Under the pieces are notes generated by a model. That model ran no database searches and was not told where the DNA came from. It saw only the letters and a list, made by a program, of their open reading frames with translations. Made by a program: the position numbers and the translations under genes. Positions 1 through 13,765 of a stretch of 64,000 nt of DNA are shown one piece after another. Each line of letters opens with the position of its first letter. Position 1 is the stretch's first letter. Where the stretch lies: the NCBI RefSeq assembly GCF_001194135.2, contig NC_068981.1:199017087-199081086 (forward strand), given 5' to 3'. Source of the stretch: Octopus bimaculoides. Its lineage: Eukaryota.

Positions 1-212
1 TCGAGCGTGGCCGTTTTCGTGCGGGTGACACGTAAAAGCACCCACTACACTCTCTGAGTGGTTGGCGTTAGGAAGGGCATCCAGCTGTAGAAACTCTGCC
101 AAATCAGACTGGAGCCTGGTGTTGCCATCCGGTTTCACCAGTCCTCAGTCAAATCGTCCAACCCATGCTAGCATGGAAAGCGGACGTTAAACGATGATGA
201 TGATGATGATGA
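1..212 (+). mobile_element. RTE-clade LINE 3' UTR fragment, young copy (cut by window start)
   Basis: Ends in CCAACCCATGCTAGCATGGAAAGCGGACGTTAAACGATGATGATG tail. Identical to the reverse complement of 24875-25081, whose longer copy includes the RTE ORF C-terminus. Confidence 0.85.
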
Positions 213-267
213 ATAACAATTATGCCGGCTCAGCATCTTAAAATGATGATGCAGAGGAGTTAATCAT

Positions 268-480
268 CTTCATTTAATGTCCACTTTCCTTGTTCGCATG
301 GGTTGAATGGTTTGACATGAAGCTGACAAGTTAGGCTCCAATTATCTGCNNNNNNNNNNGACATGAAGCTGACAAGTTAGGCTCCAATTATCTGCCTTGG
401 CATGGTTTCTGTGGCTGGATGCCCTTTCTAATGCCAACCACTTTACAGTGAACTGGGTGCTTTTTATATGGTGCCAGCAT
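268..480 (-). mobile_element. Degenerate RTE 3' UTR fragment
   Basis: CATCTTCATTTAATGTCCACTTTCC...GGCTGGATGCCCTTTCTAATGCCAACCAC matches the family at 1-212 in reverse orientation. Confidence 0.7.
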
Positions 481-1961
481 GGGTGCTTTGGTTTTCCAAA
501 TTCTAATGTTTATGACTATTTCTTCAGAACCACTTAATGTGTTGTCTAAATTATTTTATACTATTTTGTTTCCTGTGGTCTTGGTTCAAATCCCATTGGG
601 AGCCCAGTTATTCCATAAACGAATTACCAGTCCGGTACTGAGACTCATTGTATTGATGACCCCCCCCCCCCCCTCCACCACCAAAATAAAAAGTGTCTCC
701 TGTTAAAATTAAAGTTTGACTAAATGTCTTGTGGTATATAATTACATTCTAATGCTCCATTATTTCGGTTGATAAAATGAGTACCAGTGATGCATTGGTG
801 TCTATCTACTTGACCACACTCATTTGTAGCCATGTACCAACATTAGAAATTATGTTCTGGCATACAACAGCTGTGTTCTGTCTTGTCTCCCCAATTCTGT
901 GGTTTGCTTTCAAATTTTTGCTTGTTTGCATTATAATATCATTAGTAGGGAAATATTTCACAACTTCATGTCTCTGCTACTTTAAGTGTTTTTCCTTTTG
1001 TATATAAAGCCATTCTGTGCATCTCTCCTCTCACGCGTCCCTTCTCTTATGCCCCTCTCTTATACAGTCCCCTCGTCTCTCTGCCTGCTTCTCTCTAATA
1101 CAGGCCCCTCTCATGTGTCTGTGTTAGTGTGTGTCCCCTTTACATGCTTCCTCTTCTTTTTGTTTGAAAGAAAACAAAACCTTTACAATCTTGAAAGCAA
1201 TGTGATTTATTGGATTCTAATAAATCTGTCAGTTGTATAAGAAAAAAATAATCACTGTTCAATAATTGTTTCTTTATTTCTGATTGGAAATCTATTGATT
1301 GATATTTTTGTGTCAATAGATTGACCATAAAAGTATTCTGCTCTTTCCTAACTACAAAGGCTGATCATTCCATTGAGCATTCATTGATCAAGTTGTCCTT
1401 TCATTCTGAACCTGATTTTGCCGACTCTGTTCTTCACTCTTGCTTACATTTACAAACTATATAACCCTGACATCAGAAACCCGTTCGCTAACAGTTTCTT
1501 CCATTCGAAATCCATAAAAAATATTAGACAACTGCCTCTCGAAATGTTTACAAAACTTAACCAAAGTTTCCTCAGAGGCTTAAAAAGATTTCCTAAATGC
1601 TTACTATTTATCTATGTTTTCTTGATAAATTGTATGTATTTCTAAGTTTCCTTTATGAATTGTGTGTATGCATGCGCACGTGTGTATATATACACACACA
1701 CGTGATTGAGTAGACAAACAAAAGAAAAGGGTACTCAACGCACTTTGTATGAGTTTACACATGCAACTTATAATTTCGATGGCTTCTTACAGAAATCTCC
1801 TCAGGTCACATAAATGGCTTCAGTATTAAACCTTTTATATAACCAGGGGAGCATTCGATTCCCTTGTGTCATTCCCCACTAACTAGGGAGCAGTACAGAA
1901 GTTAACTGAAACAATCATTGTGCTTAATAAAGCTTCCAGTACATTTTGTCTTCTGTATCAA

Positions 1962-2095
1962 TCATTTAAAATGTACTAAACATGCACCGAGGAATTCCTT
2001 ACATAGATCCTGCGATAAAAGTGCAGTTGCTGCAACTGATGCCTGCAAGCCATAAATTGTGAATGTGCTCTGCATGCACTCTACTAGAGACATAC
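1962..2095 (-). other. Possible terminal exon (phase 1; MSLVECMQSTFTIYGLQASVAATALLSQDLCKEFLGACLVHFK*) or decayed transposase remnant
   Basis: Acceptor-like CCTTGTTTCAG|GT ATG, 43 open codons, then TGA. No linked upstream exon found. Neighbouring frames have weak hAT-like words (CRAHS, NDTRES). Confidence 0.25.
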
Positions 2096-2539
2096 CTGAA
2101 ACAAGGTTGGGATGCTGCACTTTAAAGTCTCCCTCCAAAACTTTAATTTTAAATATAACCTAATTATATAAGATTTTCTTTTACAGAGTTTTACTGATTG
2201 CTTTGTCTCTATCTCTTATTAAGATAATGATTTTGATTTCTATGCCATGACATCACCATTTACTTTGTCTTCCTTCTCTCCGTTGGTTTGGGCTGGACAA
2301 GATTTCTTGAGTTAGTATTCTACAACTTGATGTCTTCTCTCTTTACAACTGTTTCTTGTCTTCCATTGGTGTTTACCTGCTAAAACCAGTGAAGCTGCCA
2401 AACTACAGAACATTGGGAACTGTGAACAGTTTTGTTCTTTTGCCCTCAGTCAGTCACTGTAAAGACACTGAAACAAATGTTTGAACACACACACCAGACA
2501 TATGTAGTGTGTACAACTCAGACCGTGTACACACTTACA

Positions 2540-2631
2540 TATGCATAGCCTCTCTCTCTCACACACACACAAACACACACACCAGACATATGCACAAGTA
2601 CAACTTAGACTGTGTACACACATATGCATAG

Positions 2632-2667
<36 letters not shown>

Positions 2668-2775
2668 CCTCACATGTCATAGTCAACTTGTGGCTGTGGA
2701 AAAAGATTCTCGCCATATGTGCTGTCCTGTGTGACTGAACCTGTGACCATGAGATTAAGACTTTCCCATCCCTTC
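2540..2775 (-). mobile_element. (CA)n/(CT)n microsatellite plus degenerate tRNA-SINE head
   Basis: CA tracts, then a reverse-strand SINE segment ending in ACTGAACCTGTGACCATG (B-box region). Confidence 0.55.
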
Positions 2776-3595
2776 ATCTATATTAGACTATAAAGCACTT
2801 AATGTAATTAAGTCAGTGTATCTTTAGTTATAATTAGTTGTTGGGTCATCAATATCTGGTGGTACAATGGAAATTACAAAGATTTTAATTGTCATTAATT
2901 GAGTGTAGAGTTTTACTCACCAAGTCTTTATTGTCTGTTAATGAAAGACCTGCAGTCACGTATTCGTTAGTAACTGGTTACACCTGCAGGTGAATTGTTT
3001 TAAAATGATCAATTATCTGAGATTTTGTTTCCAATCACCTTTACCCCAAAATAAATACCAGTAATACATTTCTAGTAATTCCTTCACAAGGGCTTTGTCA
3101 CTGCATCTGTTTCAGTGACGAAATTCTTTGTTTTAAATTCCTTTAATGCTGAATCTACATTTGGGGACAATATCTGGAAGCAAGCTCTATTCTGTTCCTT
3201 AGAGACATCAATGGTGTTTTGCAAGGTTCCTACCCTAAGCCTTCGCTTCACACTTTCACTTCAATGACACAATGTATTCTGTTGTTTACAATTTGACTCC
3301 ATCATTGAAACTAAAAAACATATTCTCTTATTATTGAAAAGTTTAATGTTATTGTTGCCAAGGACATGTCACCCTGACCTAGTCTATCTCTTTCCACTCC
3401 ATTGGTAATGGCTAGATTTGCAGCCATTATGCAAATGTCAAAAGACAGAACTTCAACAGTCTATTTATTTATTTTTTAAACTTTTTTATGCTATGTCTTC
3501 CTCGGTTCATTTTACACTCTCCTTCTTGTTCTCTATGTCTTTCTCTGAAAATAACAATAAACCCTTTCTTATTCTCTTCTCTATCTCTCTCTTTA

Positions 3596-3627
<32 letters not shown>

Positions 3628-4699
3628 AATCACTGCAGTTATTTCTATTTTGACACATCATGTCTCCATCCATTTCAATGGTAACTTTCTAAGTGTCTTA
3701 GCCTTACAACACTTTTACTAAATCTTCCTTTTCTACCTGTAGAACCATTGTTGGTCTCATCTGTTCAAATCCCTTAAATTTTCACAAGCAAGGATAATGT
3801 GCTCTAAATGACCCAGGGTTGGAGACCCAGCAGGTATTGTCAACTGGCTTTGATCACCTATCTACGTTTTGCCAGGTTATGGCTGCAGTGGATGCTGCAG
3901 GTGAGAGCTGGGTGCCAAGTCGAGATAAATGGTATTTGACTAGATCTCAAAGGAAAACAACTGGTGCTTTGATCAGAAGTATTGTTCCTCCCTGAATACC
4001 TTATACATCCCTGTTGACTTCCAATAACTACTCATATGTGCATTCCACTCTGTATTTCTGTTTTCTTTGAACTTCATGTGGTGGGAAAATCCAGTCTTTA
4101 TTGCTCAGGCCTCGTTGTATTGAATTCCTACCATTACTTGTATAAACTAGTGATTGTATTTCACTGCCATTGTTGAGCCAATGAGAGAGCATGATTGTGG
4201 TCATTCAACTTGCTAGAAAGAGCAACTAAATCCCCTGCTGTCTTAAATAAGGAAAGGACAGATTAGACAATGCCCTCCTTCATACAACTCAAGAACATCA
4301 ACTTATCCAATCATTTTGAAAATGAGCTTCATATGTTTGCAGTATAAATGTCCCTTGTTTTGGTTGTCTTGTTTCCCACTTTCTGTCATGCTCTCGGAAT
4401 AAGGAATTAGCAGTGGCTAATCTGAGATAGGTGGAAGAGAAAGATTAACACGGAGGTGGGAGAAGTGGTGCTGCAAAATGACAAGAAGCAGAAGCTTGAC
4501 TCATACAAATATGTAAAATAACCAATAGAAGACAAAATGAAGCAACAAAGAAAATGGAGTGATGTTTAAATACAACACTCAATATTGATTATAGAAGTGA
4601 AGTAACAGTAAAACAATTGGACAACAATAATCTTGACGTGTTTGTTAAATGGAAACTCTGGTATTGATGCTATGGCATTTATGACAGTTTTTTAAAATT

Positions 4700-4783
4700 A
4701 GCTTACTGGATGTATGCTCCTACGATACCACAGCTTAATGGATAAATATGTACATATACACCTATAAAACCACAAATCACTGG

Positions 4784-4823
<40 letters not shown>

Positions 4824-5220
4824 TCCTACAACACTACAGTCTACTGGATGGATATTCTTGAAATACTACACTTTTACTGGACATTCCTACAGCTTACTGG
4901 ATAGTCTCCTAATACTACAGTCTATTGGATATTCCTAAAATACTGCAGTCTACTGGATAAATACTTTTATAATACTAGTGTTACAGGAGTATTTTTGTAA
5001 TACAATGTGCAGCTAACTGGATACTCCTTTAGTAAAACAATGGATGGATACTTTTACAATATTATGCCTCGCTGGATGAATTTTCCTGAAATTACACCTT
5101 ACTGATAAATGATTGTTGGATAAAATACTCCTATAATATCATATGATATGGATAAAATACTCCTATAATATCATATGATATGGATAAATACTCCTGTAAT
5201 ACTCCAGACTATGGTGTGAG
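4700..5220. repeat. Decayed ~30-bp minisatellite (TACTACAGTCTACTGGAT...ATACTCCTATAA) with embedded (TA)n
   Basis: Recurrent ACTGGAT and CTACA words at ~30-bp spacing. Near-exact duplication of GGATAAAATACTCCTATAATATCATATGATAT at about 5118-5185. Confidence 0.7.
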
Positions 5221-5399
5221 TTGGTGAAGTGTTAGATCATTAGACACAAACTAGTTGTTCTGCCTGCATTTTGAGTTCAAATTCTGCTCATATCACAATT
5301 ACATTTAAGCATTTAATTGATCATTTTTACATTTTTTGGCCATCACAGTGACAAGGGAGTGTCTGTAAGTTGGTGCAGAATGAATATTAACATTTGAAA

Positions 5400-5575
5400 A
5401 TCACTGGTTTTCTTTCTTGTGTTCACACACACACACACACAAGTCAGACTTTAACAGTTTCTACCTCCCTAGATTCCACTCACCAGGCATTGGTTAAGTG
5501 GTGCTGTGCTGTGGGATTGAAACCACAATCCTGTACTTCCAAAATGAGCATTTTAAGCACACAGCTCTTTCCCCC
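5400..5575 (-). mobile_element. tRNA-derived SINE (family B), degenerate
   Basis: CAGTTTCTACCTCCCTAGATTCCACTCACCAGGCATTGG... is the reverse complement of the family-B body. Confidence 0.65.
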
Positions 5576-6144
5576 ACCCCAATATTTCACAACAGATTTA
5601 TTAGGTTTGAGAAAATTTAATTATTTGTGGAAATAAGTATCTATCGTCTGTCAAAGTTAACTATTTTAGTTTTGCTGACTTGAATAACAATTGAACTTCT
5701 TCTCCTAAGGTCACTTGTTTTAAGGTCACCTTGTCTGTTTAATAACCTTACTATTACATAAAATATATTGATTAGTTTTTGGTGTAGAAACTGAATTCAT
5801 TTTATTCACCTCAAATTGTTTCAATTCATTTATATTTACAACTTCTAATACAGATTTATTTAATTATCATCAATATATTTTCAATATGTTTTCAATAATT
5901 TCTTTGAAATACCTGCAAATATTAATTGATCCTATCACTAATTAGGCCATGTTAATGCTACACCTTCAGTTTCTTGTTTGAAGTCTTTGTCTCATGCAAA
6001 TGTCAGCCAGTTTTAATATTAATACTTTCCAAAAGTATGCTCTGGCTAAATTAATGTTTTTTCTCATTATCTTCTAATCTGTAAACTAATCAACAATTAT
6101 GACTTAAAATCTACATTTTACCAAATACATCAAATTTGTGCATT

Positions 6145-6176
<32 letters not shown>

Positions 6177-6199
6177 TTAATATCCACTTTTGAGTGGAT

Positions 6200-6545
6200 G
6201 TGGAGGTAAGAGGCTTGCTTCCCAACCACATGGTTTCAGGTTCAAGTCTCACTGTGTGGCACTTGTTTTCTACTATAGCCAACCAAAACCTTCTGAGTGG
6301 ACTTGGAAGATGGAATCTGAAAGAAGGCTGTCGTGTGTGTTTGTGCATTTTTGTATCTCTTTGTTTTACCCCCCCNNNNNNNNNNCGACCCCTTAACTTA
6401 GCAGTGTGTCAAAAGAGACTGAGAGAATAAGTACCATGCTTCAGAATGAAACAATTACTTGGGGTTCATTCATTTCACTAAAAAAAGATTCTTTGAGGCA
6501 GTGCCCCAGCATGGCCACAGTCCAAGGACTGAAACAAGTAGAAAA
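6200..6545 (+). mobile_element. tRNA-derived SINE (family B), near full length, spanning a 10-N gap
   Basis: Head GGTAAGAGGCTTGCTTCCCAACCACATGGTTTCAGGTTCAAGTCTC. Tail GGCAGTGCCCCAGCATGGCCACAGTCC...ACTGAAACAAGTAGAA. Confidence 0.8.
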
Positions 6546-7171
6546 AAAAAATCCATAAAAAAACAAGTACAAGTGGGTTTTTTTTTCTTTCTGTTTTTGT
6601 TTGAAAATGGAATTTTATAACTTAATATTCCAGTTTTTATAATTTTCATTAATTTACATTGTAAAATATTTAACTTATTAAATGTTGTGAAGGAAAGCCG
6701 TTGGCTGTAAGATGTAAGGGTCAAAATACTCTGTTTAACCTATGACCTTCCTGATTAACTACACCCCCCCCCCTCCATGTTTCTCTGGAGCATGAACTTG
6801 ATGCCCTTGTCTCAATATCTCACATGTTGCAACAGGAAAAACTGGGCCAAGGGTGGTGGTGCCCACTGCTGGCCAACTGTAAACCATAAACTGTGAAAGC
6901 TATACTAATTGACAAAAATCCACTTTTTACTTAAACTTCGCTCTGAAAGGGGTGTCTGTTGCAAGTAGACTCTCACCTCAACAATAATAATAATAATAAT
7001 AATCCAGATACTCACCCCTCTCTCTCTCTCTAAACCCCTTGAATCACCTGCGATTCTTGAAAGTTTTTGTCTTTAATCACTTCAAAGCTGATAACTTCTT
7101 TTGGCTCTCACACTCTTCCCATACTAATGCCATTGATGCAGAAGCTAAATCTTTTGTCTTCATTAACTTGT

Positions 7172-7425
7172 NNNNNNNNNNNNNNNNNNNNNNNNNNNNN
7201 NNNNNNNNNNNNNNNNNNNNNNNNNNNNNNNNNNNNNNNNNNNNNNNNNNNNNNNNNNNNNNNNNNNNNNNNNNNNNNNNNNNNNNNNNNNNNNNNNNNN
7301 NNNNNNNNNNNNNNNNNNNNNNNNNNNNNNNNNNNNNNNNNNNNNNNNNNNNNNNNNNNNNNNNNNNNNNNNNNNNNNNNNNNNNNNNNNNNNNNNNNNN
7401 NNNNNNNNNNNNNNNNNNNNNNNNN
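7172..7425. other. Assembly gap (254 N)
   Basis: Run of N. Confidence 1.
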
Positions 7426-7479
7426 CCACATACACTACAACAATGTTTCCTCACCCATCACCTCACTCCCCCTCCCCCC

Positions 7480-8345
7480 ACTCAGACACTGTGGCACTTG
7501 AAGTCAGCAGATTGGTTGGAACTTGAAACTTGGCCAGTTTTATGCTAGTTTATTCCTGCCAATAAAGATACTTCATTCCTGACCCACTGGAAACAGTTGT
7601 CAGCTGACTGAAACTATCCACTGAAGCCAGTTGCTGCGTGGAACCCAAACACAGCAAAAACTCACTGCCTTCACCCCTCCCCTCCCACACACACACACAA
7701 TCTCCTCACTGACAAGGTTTACTCATAGTTGCACTATTGCCATTGAAATGAAAATATAAGATCTACTACGCCCGAAGAAACCCTAACCCTGACCCAGGAA
7801 AAAACCAGGTCTACAACTCATATCCAAACTACAGAGGATACCTTTGTGCATCGTACAATCCTTATGTTATTCCACCTTCTGAACTGCAGCTTATCCTTCT
7901 GGTTCCTTACCAAAAGAATCTCTACCAATTTTGAACAATCCTTTTTTTTCTTCTGCTTTTCGACAAGGATTGCTCTGTGAGCAAAATCTTTGCAGAGAAA
8001 ACTTCACCCATCACTGCTTACTTTGCATCTAATTCTATGCTACACTTAACAAATCTACTCCTGAATCTACCCTTTTCCACCCAACTAACTTCCCCACTTT
8101 GCTTGCCCTCATGTTAAGTGTGAATGTCCCTCCGATGGCTTCAAACAAAACAGGGCCACCAATGCTGAGTTTGTCCTTCCACACAGAACCTTCAAACATT
8201 GCACATCAGATATATTCCCTATACTCACCAAACACTCTACAAGTGTATCGCTGTAGAGAAGGAGAGACAAATGCTTGGAAACATAACAGGTTGTTCCCCT
8301 TCTCACGAAGGGTAACCCCTGTGATCCTGCTAATTATCATCCTGT
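7480..8345 (+). mobile_element. Decayed CR1/L2-group LINE (start of RT domain)
   Basis: 8270-8345 translates, with one frameshift, to WKH..VVPLLTKGNPCDPANYHPV, matching the WKxAxVxPxxKKG..PxNYRPI pre-RT motif. Confidence 0.6.
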
Positions 8346-8349
8346 AAAA

Positions 8350-8620
8350 GAAGATCTTTTGATGACCTGCTTTGCCGTGTTACCTTCTAGTGGAGTCTCC
8401 ACTGAGAAACTTGGTGAAAGCAGTGGTTACTGAGGCTAGAAGATGGGACATTGCTCATAGCTTTTGCAGGGTCATGGAAACTGGTGACATAAATGTTGAT
8501 GGTCCCCTGTAAACTATTGACACCTGCAACAAAGATATGAGCAAGGAGACCATTTTAGAGAACCTATGTTCTGGGGTCGAAAGCCTGGTCATTGTCGTAG
8601 TTAATGAAGGCTTTGCAGGG
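8350..8620 (+). mobile_element. Decayed RTE-like LINE ORF C-terminal fragment
   Basis: Weak resemblance to the post-RT RRLxxxGHxxR...G.P.KT region. Confidence 0.35.
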
Positions 8621-9571
8621 TTGGATGAGAAAAGAGATGCGAGTCAGAGTCCCTGAGTACCCTTCTTATGCCACCTCTACTCAGTAGAGATGGCATCAGA
8701 AGATCCACTTCTGAGGGGCAGAAGTCATAGTAGGTCCAATAAAAAAAAACGGAGAAAGGAGAGATAAAACTTTGGAGTTTGGAGTCAGGTGTGGTACATT
8801 TTCTGTTTGACATGATTTTTGTGTTCACTCATTCTGTAACCATGGTTACTCTTGCTTCCTGTAGTATATGATGTGGGTATTTTTGTTGTGTATCTTGATG
8901 GGTTGAAATTATTTTTGCATAGTGGTCTTCAGTGTAATCTTCTAATTGATTGGATGATTTCTTGTTAACCAATGTCTTATTTTATTTGTAGCATTTCTTT
9001 TATTTGGTTGATGAAAATTTATAAGTTTGTCTAAAGAACAGATTTGATTCTGGATATTTTCTCTCTTTCTGGACATTTATTACTTATGTTTATGGAAGGA
9101 TATGTTTGCATTTTTAGTGCCTACAGAAGTGGTGTGTGTGAGTGTGTTGTTTCTGGTCACAGAATGGCTGCAGATTCATGAAACAGACCACATCATGTAT
9201 CACGTCTATCTGCCCAATTGCTGTTAGAATAATATTTTACAAAACCATTAGAATGCAATACCTTCTCATCGTTAATTCAAAAACCATAAACCAGCTTTAA
9301 ACAACCAAAATATATGTGAATTGCATTGTGACCATGAAAGTTGTAAACTTCATGAATGAAAGTGCTATGCTGGTCATACGAATACAACATTTTCCCATTG
9401 TTTGACCATGCACGTACAACAAAAAAACTGTCACAACAAACTACGATACAATATGTGACACCGCAAAAATCAAAAGAACAACAATAGTTGACAATGTTGC
9501 AATTCTGTAGAGAATGGCAGCACAAAAAATGAGAACAGAATCTGTGAAGGCTTTGATACTAGAACCCCCCC

Positions 9572-10284
9572 NNNNNNNNNNNNNNNNNNNNNNNNNNNNN
9601 NNNNNNNNNNNNNNNNNNNNNNNNNNNNNNNNNNNNNNNNNNNNNNNNNNNNNNNNNNNNNNNNNNNNNNNNNNNNNNNNNNNNNNNNNNNNNNNNNNNN
9701 NNNNNNNNNNNNNNNNNNNNNNNNNNNNNNNNNNNNNNNNNNNNNNNNNNNNNNNNNNNNNNNNNNNNNNNNNNNNNNNNNNNNNNNNNNNNNNNNNNNN
9801 NNNNNNNNNNNNNNNNNNNNNNNNNNNNNNNNNNNNNNNNNNNNNNNNNNNNNNNNNNNNNNNNNNNNNNNNNNNNNNNNNNNNNNNNNNNNNNNNNNNN
9901 NNNNNNNNNNNNNNNNNNNNNNNNNNNNNNNNNNNNNNNNNNNNNNNNNNNNNNNNNNNNNNNNNNNNNNNNNNNNNNNNNNNNNNNNNNNNNNNNNNNN
10001 NNNNNNNNNNNNNNNNNNNNNNNNNNNNNNNNNNNNNNNNNNNNNNNNNNNNNNNNNNNNNNNNNNNNNNNNNNNNNNNNNNNNNNNNNNNNNNNNNNNN
10101 NNNNNNNNNNNNNNNNNNNNNNNNNNNNNNNNNNNNNNNNNNNNNNNNNNNNNNNNNNNNNNNNNNNNNNNNNNNNNNNNNNNNNNNNNNNNNNNNNNNN
10201 NNNNNNNNNNNNNNNNNNNNNNNNNNNNNNNNNNNNNNNNNNNNNNNNNNNNNNNNNNNNNNNNNNNNNNNNNNNNNNNNNNNN
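9572..10284. other. Assembly gap (713 N)
   Basis: Run of N. Confidence 1.
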
Positions 10285-11454
10285 TCTCTCTCTCTCATCT
10301 TATTCTTGTTCCCTTCAGCCACCCATTCTGGCCTTCCACTGTTTCCCTCCTTCTTGATCACATGAGCTCAGTGACAGTACACCATCATAAGTTACTGACT
10401 ATTCTCTATAAGACACCTCCCCCCCACCTCACCTGTTGGTACCATGATGGGAAACACTCTGCAAGCACCACCTGCATATTCTCCAAAGTGATTTGTGTAC
10501 AAGAAATAAAGTATGAGTGAGATGTTCTTAAGTTCTGTCTCACCACCAACTTGATAACCTCAGTGGTGCTGTGGAAAATTGAACCCAATACACACTGTAA
10601 AGTGGTTGGGAAATGAGTGGAGGAAATACAGGGCTGTGAGATACTTTTAGTGTTGTGTTGTTCCCGAGAGATGATCAAGTGTTGGTACTACAAGAAAATT
10701 CCCCCAAGTCCACTTTGTAAAGTGACTTTTGATAGGAAGTGCATCCAGCCACATGCGCACCAGTCTATTCATGTGGTGTTATGACTAACCCATATCGACA
10801 TGGAAAGCAGATGTAAAATGATGAGGATGGTACGCACGTGTTGGGATATATGGTCAAACAGACTGCAATGCGGCTGTGCTGGCAAGACCTATGTAGCAGA
10901 TGCCAATAAGAAAAGCTCCAGTGAATTTGTTGTGGGGAGTGGAAAATCCAATGTTTTGGACAGTCCTTCTTCAGGGAAAAAGTTGAAAGAAAAGGAATTA
11001 ATGAGAGATGGCAGAGTTTTGCATTCTCTGAGTTAAAAAAAAAAAAGCTTACTGCAGGTAGGTGTGTGTGTGTGTGTGAATAAAGTATATGTGCAGTTTT
11101 CGTCAGGGTGACTGAAACTAATAGTTGTGCACTCTGAGTGCTCAAATTAGTATGCCACTAAAATACCAATTTGAGGATGTGATTTTGTGACTGCCCTTTC
11201 TGAAGCAGCTAAAAGTAGCTTCCCTTTGAGTTGGTTGGCATAAATTAATGCAGAAAAGGAAAAGGCAAACCGTTTGGCAAGACTTGATAAGGACATTTGA
11301 TTGTCTTTGACAGCTGTTTCTAGGATATCCCAGCTATTGGCGCCATCATGTTGAGCGAAGATTCCATATGCTGAGCATTCTGTCTTTGGAGCAAACTGTT
11401 TACCATTTCTTTTTCTGCTTTAATCTATCTGTCTGTCTAAAAAAGATATACAAG

Positions 11455-11570
11455 GTGCAGGTATAGCTGTGTGTGGTAAAGAATTTTACTTCCCAACCAC
11501 ATGATTTTGGGTTCAGTCCCACAGTGTGGAACCTTGTACAAGTGTCTTCTACTATAGTATACTACTGTAA
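11455..11570 (+). mobile_element. tRNA-SINE family B head
   Basis: GGTGCAGGTATAGCTGTGTGTGGTAAAG...GGGTTCAGTCCCAC (A and B boxes), then CAAGTGTCTTCTACTATAG. Confidence 0.75.
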
Positions 11571-12039
11571 TATGTGTGTTGGATCAAAACTAATCCAGTT
11601 TATCCAAAACCTAAACTCCATCATCCCAAACACTTTCCAAGTGTTGTTTATATTCTTTATCAATATTTGTACAAATTTACTGTTTTTGTTTATTATTGGA
11701 AGCCAATTGTTTTTTTTTTTAAAGAAATAATTGTTTTGTGATTGAGTAACGTTGCTAATGTTTGTGGCTTGAATGGTTGTTTTGTGAGGAAGGGAACCAA
11801 TCAATTCTTGGAACAAGTTGATATGACTTTTAATTGAATTTACAGAATGGAGTGAATGGCATCTTTCCCAGGATGAATAAATGTTTTTTTTGTTGTTATT
11901 TAGTCTAGATTGGAATGGATATGTTTTGGGCAATGTCAGATCTGCAGAAATAAAGTGAATAAATGAAAGAAATACAAGCTAAAGGGGAGAATGTAATTCT
12001 TAAGAACGACATATTTTGTTGTTGTGTGTGTGGGTGGGT

Positions 12040-12240
12040 GCAAGTATTGTGATGTAAGAGTATAACAAATGAATGAATTAGGGTTTGTCGTGTACTTTCT
12101 GATTTCAGGTCATGAAAATTGTATGATTGTGATTGGTTAAACTGTTAGGATCTGATGAAGCCCTCCACTTCCTGCTAAATGGCAGATCTTTCTTCATAGC
12201 AAACAGCTTATAAACCACTTTATGCTGGCCATTTACTTCT
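12040..12240 (+). mobile_element. Probable Penelope-like terminal-repeat remnant with a broken hammerhead-like core
   Basis: CTGATGAAG at 12152-12160, then ...GC-AAACAGCT at 12199-12208, with the G of GAAA missing. Confidence 0.3.
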
Positions 12241-13765
12241 GATTCTGTTGGTTTACTAAGAAGAGTTGTTTCCTTTCCAGACACACAGTTTGCTAGAAGT
12301 AGCAGCCATCACTCTGCTATTGCACCCTTTTTTTAATAAAGAAAGGGTATAGACACTGTACTCCTATATTCAGTATTATTCTGAATAAAGATTGGGGTGG
12401 TCAACACTGGAGTGTCTACTTAGTCAGAATTGACATGTAGTCAAAGGACAACAGCATTACTAGTAATCTGTGTCTGTTCCTGGTATTATAAGATTTATCT
12501 CTGTGTTTATATTTGTTAATGGGGATTATGGCAATGTGCAGCTTATTGGAGGAGGATTGTCTAAAACAAAAGATTCACTTTCCATTGATCACCTTCAAAC
12601 CTACTCACTTTTGTTGAGTCAGTTTGTGTTAATTACTATTTGATTTATACAACTGATTGTTATTCATGTTTCACATATAAGATACATTGTACATTTTACA
12701 CATACATGCACATATAAATTTGAACGTGTCCTTTAAGTCCATATTTGGCAGCGTCCTCTGGACTACATGTTCTACTAAAGTTTGCAAGTTAAACACAAAT
12801 TATTTTCAAATTTAAACTCAGACTTTCTGCCAATAATTAAACCAGAAATATTTGAAATCAGTTTGAAGGCATTGTTTCCCATCCGTACACAATCTGTTCC
12901 TCATTGCAATGAAATCCACTTGGACTGTCAGTTTTATAAAAGGTGTAAAGATGATCCCAAGAAAGATTTAATTAATTTATCAATGTACAACAGTGTATTT
13001 GTAGAGTGTCTGATTAGAGGTGAAGTTTTGAATTTAAAGCAGAAATTAATTGTGTGTAAGAGCCCCAAAAGTGTATACTTTAAGCCTACATTTTAAGTAG
13101 TTGAAGTAAGCTTTGTTGTGGTTGGTAACTGAATACAGTGAACAAATACAAACTAGTCTGTACCATATCATACATTTACATTGTCTAAAGACAATCTGGT
13201 TTACTGTACCAGTCAGCTTTCTTCTAGAGAAAGAGAGAGAGACAGAGACATGCACACAGATTCTCTGTTGTCTATTGTTGATGCCATACCAATAAGTGTT
13301 CTGACAAATATCAACCTCCATTTTTCATGTAAAATACTTTCATTTCCATATAATCCTGCAATTGTTTTACGTAATCATGTTTTGGAATGTATTTGTCTGT
13401 CTTTGACACATTCAGTCATGAAGTCTTTGCCTCTTTCTGACCTTTTATCGCTGCAGATTTTTTCTGACCTTTTAATTCTGCAGCTTCAGGTTTAAGGTAA
13501 CCAGATTTCATTTTCTTGGAATCTCTAAGAAGTATAGCAATGAATTGTACATTTTAATAGTTATAAATGTACTCCTGTGTGTATGTGTGTGTATATCTTT
13601 AATACACATACACACAAACACGGAACAATATTCCTCTATTTCAAAGATTTTGAAGTCTGCATCTTATGTTATTCGTATTGTTCCTTATAATACACACACA
13701 CACACACACACACATCCAGTAGAGGAGTGAGAGTGAGAGGGGGAGAGACAGAGGTCTATGGTAAG

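Noticed and set aside
314-395. 36-bp direct repeat flanking the 350-359 gap
   Set aside because: Exact duplication on both sides of a 10-N gap indicates unmerged contig overlap.
7039-10365. Long ORF-track entries (e.g. 9441-10361, 9514-10365, 7039-7548)
   Set aside because: They are open only because they run through N gaps.
12782-13096. 104-aa ORF with PEIFEISLKALFP (faint hAT dimerisation-domain likeness)
   Set aside because: No further motif (no TYLCE/SE.FS), TTG start, no splice support; too weak to call.
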